DNA from: a virus | Taxonomy: Duplodnaviria > Heunggongvirae > Uroviricota > Caudoviricetes | Strand: one strand, 5' to 3' | IMG/VR virus record: IMGVR_UViG_3300014204_000008 | Location: 34,837 to 98,836 of that record | Length of the DNA: 64,000 nucleotides | Shown: in pieces, positions 56,030-64,000 of the stretch | Position numbering within the stretch: the stretch's first letter is position 1 | Layout: the number at the start of each line of letters is the position of its first letter | The notes under the pieces: model-generated | Database searches by the model: none | What the model saw: only the letters and a program-made list of their open reading frames with translations | Told to the model about the DNA's origin: nothing | Made by a program: the position numbers and the translations under genes

Positions 56030-58402
56030 TTAAGAAGCTTTATTCGTCCAGCCGCGCTTAGACCAATAATTGTTGTAATCTAATGTTGAAACTTCCATTT
56101 GAGAATCACTATTCGGATAGAAGATTTTTGTCTTTGCCGATGGATCTATCGTTGTTGCTGAAGTCGTAGAAGTAGACGATGTTGTCGAGGTTGGCTTATA
56201 GACACTATCAGCTATTTTCCCAGCAGCATCGGCAACAGACGTATCGACAGAACTCTTTGCTTGGTTTAATGGGGTTTCGAACCTATTCTGGTCAGAGAAG
56301 TAATCAACCGAAGTCGGATCTGGAGGTGTATATGCTGCAAAGAGTTTGTCGTTTGCTATTTGACTCTCTTCTTGGACTCTACCTTGTTGATAGTTGAGAC
56401 GAGCTAGTTCATTTTTACCCTTATTCTGTTGATAGGTTGAATAGATGGATGATCGAATATTTCCATTTTCATCCAAGATCGAATTTCGAAGTGCTTCTGC
56501 TTGCTGACGAGCCATCCATTCTGGGGTACCTGGATAATCCTCCATCATCTTCTTCGTCATGGTTTCTACATCAAATTGTGATACGACATCCGCATTAGGA
56601 CGTAAACCCCATTTGACAGATTTCCATTCAGATTCTGGAAGACCAGATGCTTTATCCTGTTCAAGAAGTTTTTGAATTTCTTCAGCAGAAGCAAAGTTCA
56701 AGTAGTAATTCTGCATCTCCTTCTCTGCTGTCGAGGTACTAACATCCCTTGTTACCGCATTATCTTTACGAATACCTTGGAGATAGCGATCGTACGTTTC
56801 ATTAAAGATACCAGATCCGGCTAACCCAGCTCCTGAAGCCTGTTTTTCGAGATTGATCAACTGATTCCAGGCCTTAGAAGCATCATTTTCTAAAGTAATT
56901 CCGAGATTTTTCTTAACTTCATCCCTGTAGTTATTCCAATTTGTCTCGGCTATCTGCTTATCGCGTTCCGTCGTAGCGGAAAGTTGCTGATCTATGATGT
57001 CATGATACGTTGAACGAAGAGCGTCCATCTTTGTTTTAAAATCTGGAGAATTCAACATATCCTCCAATGTACCCTGCTGGAAGTAATCTGTATTCGTCGT
57101 CGCAAGGAGAAGATCTTCTGCTACATTCTTTGGAATAGAAAGATACGGATTTGAAGTTGCTGTCTTATAGGTATCAGTCTTCATGTAATCCGTCTTCGAC
57201 TTCGTAGAGTCTATGACGTTAACGTTTGCTAAATCCGTTCTACCTGACTTTACAAGAGCCGTCTTAATCACTTCTTGAGAAACATCTTGTCCACCATAAC
57301 CTCCATAAGCAACAGCATTGATAAGCTTCGCAAGAAGGACTGGATCATTCCAGGCTGTCGTAAGTTGTTGAGCATTCACACCTGATAATGTTCCATTCGC
57401 ACTTAAAGAATCCATCTTATTCTTGATCATCTTTAAGACACCTATAGCCTCTGCTGTAGATTCATCATTCTGTTCTTTTCCATAGCTCTGTCTTAGAAGC
57501 GATGGGTTGAAATCCTCATTTTTAATTGTCCCACTAGATTCAACGCCATAATCAGGACCGAGTAGAACATAATTCTTTAAAGATCCAGCTTCGAGTTCTC
57601 TTGGATCGAATGAGTTGATACTGTTCCAAGCCTCAGGGCCAGCATAGGCATTAAAAGCCTCTTCATTTAAGAAAGGACGAAGAGATTTTGTAGTCGGATC
57701 TACGAGCCAAACTGTTGTTTGGTCTCCAGGGAGAGAACCATTCGGATCAGAACTGAACTTCACATACGTCTTATCTAGTATACCAGTGCCTAAAGGCGAT
57801 GTAGGAGTAGAAACTGGAGCCGTAGGTGTGTTTACTGTCGATTGTTGTGTTTGCTGTGTCTGTTGAGATGCCGTAGCAATAGGAGCGCGTGTATCCTGAA
57901 AACCGCTACTTACGAATCTTTGTAAAGTAGCCTGATCAGGAATATAGGTCGTACTTGAACCATCCCAAGCATAAAGTCGTCCATTATCTGAAAGAATTTG
58001 CTTAGAAGATTGGGAAGATGGAGTTTGTTGAGAAGGTGAGGTGGATCGAGACTGACCATTCCCAACCACACTAGAATACGCTGCCCGTGTATCTTTGAAA
58101 CCGAGCTGATTAACGTATCTTACTAATGTAGCCTGGTCTGGTATATATGTTGCGCTTTTCCCATCCCAAGCATATAAACGTCCATTATCTGAAAGAATTT
58201 GCTTCTGTTGTGTCTGCTGCTGCGTTGGTGCTTGTGGGGTCTGAACCTGATTTACTGGAGGTGTTTGAGGTTGATTCGGTGCAGCATTTGTTGAAACAAT
58301 TGAATACTTCCCGTTTGGAGCAAGTGAGTAGACAGAATTCCAAGCCTCTTGAGAGACGGTGAGCTGATTTCCATTTCTATCTTGGATAGTAACATTTGCC
58401 AT
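56030..58402 (-). CDS. tail protein (790 aa) with two tandem 40-aa repeats and Q/T-rich linkers
   Basis: KQILSDNGRLYAWDGKSATYIPDQATLVRYVNQLGFKDTRA and KQILSDNGRLYAWDGSSTTYIPDQATLQRFVSSGFQDTRAP. Confidence 0.6.
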   Translation of the reverse strand: MANVTIQDRNGNQLTVSQEAWNSVYSLAPNGKYSIVSTNAAPNQPQTPPVNQVQTPQAPTQQQTQQKQILSDNGRLYAWDGKSATYIPDQATLVRYVNQLGFKDTRAAYSSVVGNGQSRSTSPSQQTPSSQSSKQILSDNGRLYAWDGSSTTYIPDQATLQRFVSSGFQDTRAPIATASQQTQQTQQSTVNTPTAPVSTPTSPLGTGILDKTYVKFSSDPNGSLPGDQTTVWLVDPTTKSLRPFLNEEAFNAYAGPEAWNSINSFDPRELEAGSLKNYVLLGPDYGVESSGTIKNEDFNPSLLRQSYGKEQNDESTAEAIGVLKMIKNKMDSLSANGTLSGVNAQQLTTAWNDPVLLAKLINAVAYGGYGGQDVSQEVIKTALVKSGRTDLANVNVIDSTKSKTDYMKTDTYKTATSNPYLSIPKNVAEDLLLATTNTDYFQQGTLEDMLNSPDFKTKMDALRSTYHDIIDQQLSATTERDKQIAETNWNNYRDEVKKNLGITLENDASKAWNQLINLEKQASGAGLAGSGIFNETYDRYLQGIRKDNAVTRDVSTSTAEKEMQNYYLNFASAEEIQKLLEQDKASGLPESEWKSVKWGLRPNADVVSQFDVETMTKKMMEDYPGTPEWMARQQAEALRNSILDENGNIRSSIYSTYQQNKGKNELARLNYQQGRVQEESQIANDKLFAAYTPPDPTSVDYFSDQNRFETPLNQAKSSVDTSVADAAGKIADSVYKPTSTTSSTSTTSATTIDPSAKTKIFYPNSDSQMEVSTLDYNNYWSKRGWTNKAS

Positions 58403-58422
58403 ATGTATATTTTACCGTTTTT

Positions 58423-59886
58423 CTATAATGAAGTCCAACTTGTACCGCCTGTACAGTATGCTGGTGGGTTACCAGAACGAAGACAGAAATCTCCATCAGT
58501 TCCAGTTAGATTACCATTCGGATCTGTTGCATCAGCAGCATACCAAATAGTATTAGCATCACTATTGATATTAATAATAGGTCTGAAATGAGCAGTTCCT
58601 GATGCAGCAAATCTTGAAATACGCAAAGCTGCAGCTGAAGCTGTCATATCATTATTTGTATGTTCTATCGTTACTGCTTGAGATGCTGCTGAATGAACGA
58701 CATAAATAGAACGATCTGACGATGACCCAGAATCTATACGTAATCCGTTATCAGTTCCGTTATTTACAATATAAATTCCTTTTCCTTCTCCTGAAGTTAT
58801 GATATTTAAAGTATCTCCTAATCCTGCATTGTCGATTCTTGCTACCTGGCTAGCAGCACTAGCACTTGTTTCATTCAAATGAAGCAAATACTCAGAAGCT
58901 GAAACGGCTAAATTTCTTGAGATAGAAAGTCCTTTTTGCTGATCACCAGTGTAACTAGAATCGAGATCGAGGAACATTACGGCTCTATCTCCAAAGGCAG
59001 CATTTGTCGTTCCGACGGAGAACATGACATGCCCAGTCCTGTCATAGAGACCAATAGAGTTTGCTTGAAAATCAGTTCCTATATCAGCACTCGTTATCAA
59101 TGCTCTCGCACCGCTTGAAGCTGTCTGTAAGATTCCTCCAGTAATCGTAGAACCAGTGATCGTTCCAGAAAAAGAAGCGTCACCAGTGACTGCATCAATA
59201 GCAAAGGTGACGACACCAGAAGATGCTCCAACAATTCCTCCTCGATAGATAGCTACACCTGTACCACTTGTTACTACACCACTACCATTCCATGTGATGT
59301 CACCTGTACGGACGGCACCAGCATAGTCTGTCGTGCCGAAGCTGAAGTCCTTCAAAATCGTTTGTGCTGTTGAATTAAGGACAACGGCTCCTGAAGCATT
59401 TATAAGATTTCCAGCATACTCAAGAGATCCAGTTGCGATATTGAACTTCAGTTTCGTTGTATCTAAAGCTCCGCCAAAATAAATTCCTTCTGGTCCAATA
59501 TAGTATCCAGCATTTGCTGTATCCGTGAAACTTGTCTTTTGATACGAGATAGATCCACCGGTAAGAGTCAAATTTGATGCTTCAATAACACCACTCTTTG
59601 CATCAATCATGAATCCTCTTGTTTTCGGAAGATAGTTTGTAGAACGCATGACATTACTAAGAAAGAGATCTTTTATCTCAGCTCCGCTTGTGATGGTATT
59701 TGAAGAAGATTCATTTGAAGATACGGTATTTTCTGATGAAATACCTCCAGATACAGAAAAAGCATCACTTTGAGTACGGCTTAAATAATCATCATATGGA
59801 GATTCCAATGTTGAGTAATTAAGTTCTACGGCTTTTCCATTTGCATCTGTAGTAAATGACATATTATTCTGTAGATTCCTTATCAT
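58423..59886 (-). CDS. tail fibre / tailspike-like protein (487 aa)
   Basis: G/S/T/N-rich beta-repeat composition typical of fibres. Position in tail module. Confidence 0.55.
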   Translation of the reverse strand: MIRNLQNNMSFTTDANGKAVELNYSTLESPYDDYLSRTQSDAFSVSGGISSENTVSSNESSSNTITSGAEIKDLFLSNVMRSTNYLPKTRGFMIDAKSGVIEASNLTLTGGSISYQKTSFTDTANAGYYIGPEGIYFGGALDTTKLKFNIATGSLEYAGNLINASGAVVLNSTAQTILKDFSFGTTDYAGAVRTGDITWNGSGVVTSGTGVAIYRGGIVGASSGVVTFAIDAVTGDASFSGTITGSTITGGILQTASSGARALITSADIGTDFQANSIGLYDRTGHVMFSVGTTNAAFGDRAVMFLDLDSSYTGDQQKGLSISRNLAVSASEYLLHLNETSASAASQVARIDNAGLGDTLNIITSGEGKGIYIVNNGTDNGLRIDSGSSSDRSIYVVHSAASQAVTIEHTNNDMTASAAALRISRFAASGTAHFRPIININSDANTIWYAADATDPNGNLTGTDGDFCLRSGNPPAYCTGGTSWTSL

Positions 59887-61657
59887 TTACCTCATGATTT
59901 GTAGGCGTCGAATAGATACTGAATCCAGCAAGAACCGTCTTCTGAGAACTGTCTTTACGGAAAGAGATCCCTAATCTTCTACAAGTAGGAGGTGTATCAA
60001 AATCAGTTGATTTGCCATGAATCTTTATAATTGAAACACCTTTATTCGCTTCCTTATTACATGAATACCAGTTTCCACCATCTAGAGATGTAAAGACTTT
60101 TACCCCAACCCCACGAAGAGTTTCTACGGCAATTTCTACAGGATGAGATATCTTTTCAAATTTACCAGACAGTGGAGGAAGAAGAAAATCGACTCTAAAT
60201 GGAATAGCACTCCCATTGTCCGTAGTACCAGAAAGATATTCAAGAACAAGCGCAGAAGATTCATCGTTTCCAATCATCAACTTATCCGTATCAAGTGTAT
60301 CCACAAACGTGCAGAAGTGCTTTATAGACACTCCTGTATGGGTAAACCAGAGATTGAAAATCGTATTAAACTCTAGAGTAACCTTCGATAATGTCATTTC
60401 AGTAGATCCATCATCTCTATAGAGCGTAACATCTCCTATATAACAAAAGATGCTATTACCTTTTTTCCCCATCGCAGCAGCTTCTTTTCCAGCTTTTGTT
60501 GCTCCGTTCAGATATCTTTCAATCTTGTTTGAAATTAACTTCGGAGTTGTCCCATCAGTAACGTATATTCCATTATATCCAAGAAAATAAAGTCCTCCGA
60601 AATGTTTCACATAACCATTCTTTGAAACACATCCAATATTCATATCAAAATGATCTAGAGAAACATCATCCCAACTTGCCATTGAAGTCTTATTCGAGAT
60701 AATCAATTTATTGCCTATTACTTCAAGCATCGTTAATGGACTTCCATCAGAACTTTGAAGAGAAAATGTCCCATATTCACGTTCTTCTGTTCCTGTCGTA
60801 GAGGAATTTTTCGGCCAACGAAATATTTTTTCTCCTGTATATGTCCCAGAAATCCATAACTCATCTGCGGACATGATTGTCGTTTGACCGGCCTCAAAAA
60901 CCGTGGTTCCCACGATTGTATCCTCAGTCAAAGAAGAGACGGTAAAGACAGCAATCTTTGTTCCTGCTCTATAGATATCGTATGTATTTGCCCCAGCAAC
61001 GTCATAAACATACATGGTATCGGTCAACGTAATCGTCGTATACGGAGAAACGGGATCTCCACTAACAAGACAAACAAGCCCGAGTGGCAAAGAAGATCGC
61101 ACGACTTTTGTTGAATTTCTCGTAGATCCAACAAGAAAATCTCCTAGAAACAGTCTGCCTTTATAGGTTGTTATTAAAGAAGCATTTGGTGAGTTGTAAA
61201 GTGAACCTGACACCGTTGTAGAATCGGTTACTGTCGTTCCATCTGAACCTGAAATCATCCTATTTTGATCATTGTAATTAACAAGGTAGAGATTGCCTTC
61301 AGCTACAGTGCTTTTAAAACACCCTGTTGCTAAAGAAGTTCCTTCTCCTGAAAGGATCGACCACGTATTAGAATTTTTCCAATAAATAGATGTCGTTGCT
61401 CCAACAGTAGCTATTCGATAAAGACCTTTTCCTGATTTTGCAGAAAAAGAAAAGAGTCCATATTCTTCTGTAGCACTTATATTGTTTCCAACAGCTGTAG
61501 AACCGTCCCTAGAAGTAAGAAGTCCAATCTTTTCTTGCCGAACATTCTCAGAATGGACAATTTCTCCTTTACGTACGAGATTCGGAGAAACAGAAGAATT
61601 GATACCTTCAAAATAAGGTACCTCGTAACGCTTGATAGTATTATTGATTCCTTGCAT
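59864..61657 (-). CDS. tail/baseplate structural protein (597 aa)
   Basis: Position and composition. Overlaps the downstream gene by 23 nt. Confidence 0.55.
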   Translation of the reverse strand: MQGINNTIKRYEVPYFEGINSSVSPNLVRKGEIVHSENVRQEKIGLLTSRDGSTAVGNNISATEEYGLFSFSAKSGKGLYRIATVGATTSIYWKNSNTWSILSGEGTSLATGCFKSTVAEGNLYLVNYNDQNRMISGSDGTTVTDSTTVSGSLYNSPNASLITTYKGRLFLGDFLVGSTRNSTKVVRSSLPLGLVCLVSGDPVSPYTTITLTDTMYVYDVAGANTYDIYRAGTKIAVFTVSSLTEDTIVGTTVFEAGQTTIMSADELWISGTYTGEKIFRWPKNSSTTGTEEREYGTFSLQSSDGSPLTMLEVIGNKLIISNKTSMASWDDVSLDHFDMNIGCVSKNGYVKHFGGLYFLGYNGIYVTDGTTPKLISNKIERYLNGATKAGKEAAAMGKKGNSIFCYIGDVTLYRDDGSTEMTLSKVTLEFNTIFNLWFTHTGVSIKHFCTFVDTLDTDKLMIGNDESSALVLEYLSGTTDNGSAIPFRVDFLLPPLSGKFEKISHPVEIAVETLRGVGVKVFTSLDGGNWYSCNKEANKGVSIIKIHGKSTDFDTPPTCRRLGISFRKDSSQKTVLAGFSIYSTPTNHEVNDKESTE

Positions 61658-61662
61658 AGCTT

Positions 61663-62796
61663 TTAGACCCAGCTACTCTTCTCAATACCCCAACTATCTA
61701 ACGTATCGGATCGTTTAATAGATACCTCCTTCATACTATTTATCCCTTCGTTAAACAGCTGTCTCGATTGGCCCATTCGCCCATCTTGAAGCTTCTCATA
61801 TGCCTTTGATAGAGCATAATCACGTACTGCGTAGAACGAAGAGTTTGGAAGTGCTAGGATATCAGAATAGGAATCCAAAACGTCTGCTTGAAGTCTGCAA
61901 CGATATTTATATGTAGCACTTGAAATCGGAGTAGGCACGAAGCCGACATAACTTACACCGGCAGACATTCTTAAATAGTATTTTGTATCACTTGCACCAG
62001 AAGAGAGATATTCTGGGATATCTCTTATAGCTATCTCTTCTATTCTATTCGTCGATGCCGTGTTCGATGCATCGTATGTTCTTAAATAGACGAGGTCACT
62101 GAAACGGTCAGAAAGTGCATATTCCTGAGTTCCAGAAACCACTGAGAGTGTTAATTCGTCTGAAACAGTTATCTCCCTCGTAACCAGGTTGAGCTTATCT
62201 GTTGTTATATCATAGCCCTCCTGTATCCAACCAAGCATGTCATCCTCACTAATAATCTTGCGTTCAGAATCACTTAGCGTAGAGAACACCTTTGAAATCA
62301 ATGTAGAGACTGAATCTCCTGAAAAACCTTCATACGGAACAGGATTTGATTCATCTGATGCTGTTGAAGTCGTCGAATTGAAGAATGTGAACCATCCATA
62401 ACCAGTATCATTTGAAGCATCTGAACCTATAGAATAGATTTCAGCAGGATTAACGTTTACATACCCAATAAGTTCGGAAGTAGCGAATACAGCCGTTGCT
62501 GTATGATAGAATTTAACTCTGTTATATGGGATGATTGTGACTTTTGAACTCTCCGTATGGGCAAACTTTGAAGCAGTATCTAGAGTAAGTGTATGCGTCG
62601 ATCCTGTTACTGTACTTACTTTTATGATTTCAGCAGTTTCACTTCCGATTCCCTCAAGTAGAATATAGCAATTATCCGTAAAAGATGTGGAATTTGTTAC
62701 AACGATTGATGTAACGCCAGCTGAATAATTCGTATATAAATACGAGAACTGGGCATCTTGGGTCAACATTCTGTTGTCAGCCTTGATAGTAAACAT
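61663..62796 (-). CDS. tail structural protein (377 aa)
   Basis: Position in module. Confidence 0.55.
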   Translation of the reverse strand: MFTIKADNRMLTQDAQFSYLYTNYSAGVTSIVVTNSTSFTDNCYILLEGIGSETAEIIKVSTVTGSTHTLTLDTASKFAHTESSKVTIIPYNRVKFYHTATAVFATSELIGYVNVNPAEIYSIGSDASNDTGYGWFTFFNSTTSTASDESNPVPYEGFSGDSVSTLISKVFSTLSDSERKIISEDDMLGWIQEGYDITTDKLNLVTREITVSDELTLSVVSGTQEYALSDRFSDLVYLRTYDASNTASTNRIEEIAIRDIPEYLSSGASDTKYYLRMSAGVSYVGFVPTPISSATYKYRCRLQADVLDSYSDILALPNSSFYAVRDYALSKAYEKLQDGRMGQSRQLFNEGINSMKEVSIKRSDTLDSWGIEKSSWV

Positions 62797-62808
62797 AGTT
62801 GTTCTGTA

Positions 62809-63969
62809 TTAGCGAATATCAGCACGTGGCATCTTAATAGACATCTTCAACGCTGTTTTCTTCATCATTATACCACGAATTACAGGTATTTGTGGAGAAG
62901 GTGAAAGAGATGAACTTGGTGAGTAAGACGGAGAATTGGAAGGAGATTCTGACGATGAAGGTGAATTGCTAGAACTTGGAGATAGGGATGAACTTGGAGA
63001 TGGAGATTGAGACGATGAGGGCGAAAGAGATGGTGAATTTGAAGGGCTATTTGATGACGATGGACTATCAGACTCTGATGGGCTAGAACTTGGAGATAAT
63101 GAAGCTGATGGTGAAAGTGACGGAGAATTCGAAGATGAAACACTAGAACTTGGCGATTGGCTAGAACTTGGAGATGGTGATTCTGAAGCAGATGGTGAAA
63201 GTGATGGACTATTTGAAGGACTTTCTGAACTTGAAGGTGAAAGTGAAGGGGAGTTTGAAGGACTGTTTGACGATGAAGGAGAATTGACTGTATATGTAAT
63301 CTTGACAACGCCATTCCCTCCATAACCTCCTGAAGTAGGTGTTGTAGAATAGTTCGATGCTCCTGCTCCTCCTCCATAATATTTACCATTTTCTCCAGTT
63401 ATTGAAGGAGTAGCATCACCTCCACCACCATGATAATCACTTGGACCTAATTGTTCTACAGGCATTGCGCCTCTAGCGTATCCATAAGAACCAAAGGTAG
63501 ATCCGTCATTTCCATTTGAAACATATCCAGCTCCGCCTCCACCAGATCCAGGAGCATTTGAAGGTATGTATCCAGGAGATCCACCGGTTCCTCCTGAATA
63601 TTTTGTATCCCCTACACTTGCTGATGCTTGACCACCTTGGCCTCCAACAGCACTAGAATTACCTGATCCACCCTTAGCCATTACCGTTGAAGCATCTATG
63701 AAATAAGAATCACCTCCAGCACCGCCATTTGTTGTTGTTACTCCATTTCCACCTTGTCCTACGTAAACGGTGTAAGAATTACCATATGAAACGGATATGG
63801 TATTTTTCTTAGAATAGGCTCCACCGCCACCTCCACCCATTCCAGCTCTATCATTTAATTGTGATCCTGCTCCACCACCACCTCCAATACATTCAACGCT
63901 AACCTCAGTCACCCACATTGGACAGACCCATGTATTGCTTCCAGGAGTTGTAAATATTTCGTATGCCAT
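62809..63969 (-). CDS. Gly-rich fibre-like protein with a Ser/Pro-rich repetitive C-terminal tail
   Basis: N-terminal GGGGAGS ... GMGGGGGGAY ... GQGGNG. About 150 aa of SPSNSPSLSPSSSES-type repeats. C-terminal basic tail. Confidence 0.6.
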   Translation of the reverse strand: MAYEIFTTPGSNTWVCPMWVTEVSVECIGGGGGAGSQLNDRAGMGGGGGGAYSKKNTISVSYGNSYTVYVGQGGNGVTTTNGGAGGDSYFIDASTVMAKGGSGNSSAVGGQGGQASASVGDTKYSGGTGGSPGYIPSNAPGSGGGGAGYVSNGNDGSTFGSYGYARGAMPVEQLGPSDYHGGGGDATPSITGENGKYYGGGAGASNYSTTPTSGGYGGNGVVKITYTVNSPSSSNSPSNSPSLSPSSSESPSNSPSLSPSASESPSPSSSQSPSSSVSSSNSPSLSPSASLSPSSSPSESDSPSSSNSPSNSPSLSPSSSQSPSPSSSLSPSSSNSPSSSESPSNSPSYSPSSSLSPSPQIPVIRGIMMKKTALKMSIKMPRADIR

Positions 63970-64000
63970 ATTAATTCGTTCCCTTGTACTTAATCCTGAA

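Noticed and set aside
62880-63389. 169-aa - strand ORF rich in H/Q/L inside the Gly-rich fibre gene
   Set aside because: An alternate frame of the Ser/Pro codon-repeat region. An artefact of repetitive DNA.
1-64000. Possibility that TGA is a sense codon (alternative genetic code), raised by the tmRNA tag-frame search and the 10040 read-through
   Set aside because: recA (31289-31291) and sbcD (34189-34191) end cleanly at TGA and ORF boundaries are sharp with code 11. Any recoding would be local.
1-64000. CRISPR arrays
   Set aside because: No regularly spaced direct repeats with unique spacers were seen. The only tandem repeats are the 23-bp pair at 25849 and the protein-coding SP repeats.

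Overview
The window reads as a segment of a large AT-rich tailed-phage (or prophage) genome. It has three blocks.

Block 1 (1-9000, + strand) holds small genes of unknown function, a SET-domain protein, and a three-gene putative peptide-ligation cluster (amidoligase-like, class-II glutamine amidotransferase, HExxH protein).

Block 2 (9450-24970, - strand) is an accessory/early region. It encodes RtcB RNA ligase, a HAD hydrolase, a minimal K+ channel (TVGYGD filter) beside a LemA protein, homing-endonuclease-like proteins, and an SNF2 helicase split by a mini-intein in its P-loop. Several of these operons carry the same promoter, a palindromic -35 ACTTGACAAGT, a 17-nt spacer and an extended -10.

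Block 3 (25300-44800, + strand) is a replication/recombination module: replication initiator with iteron-like repeats, DnaC-like loader, DnaB-like ATPase, primase-like protein, RecA, SbcD, RuvC-like resolvase and SbcC. It also holds a 3D-domain protein and an SPFH protein. An RNA island follows, with five tRNAs (Arg-UCU, Met-CAU, Tyr-GUA, Ile-UAU, Leu-UAG), a full tmRNA, and about 1.8 kb of ORF-free, highly structured sequence. That sequence contains a hammerhead-like core and an interrupted tRNA-Leu-like gene.

Beyond these blocks, positions 44885-63969 (- strand) form a virion/tail module. It includes a 2614-aa giant protein, a 757-aa helical protein, an SLT+M23 lysin, and fibre-like proteins, one with an SP-rich repetitive tail.

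TGA is used as a stop codon (RecA, SbcD), so the genetic code is standard. No CRISPR array, terminase, portal, capsid or DNA polymerase gene lies in the window. Coordinates I derived myself (RNA genes, motifs, promoters) may be off by 1-2 nt.
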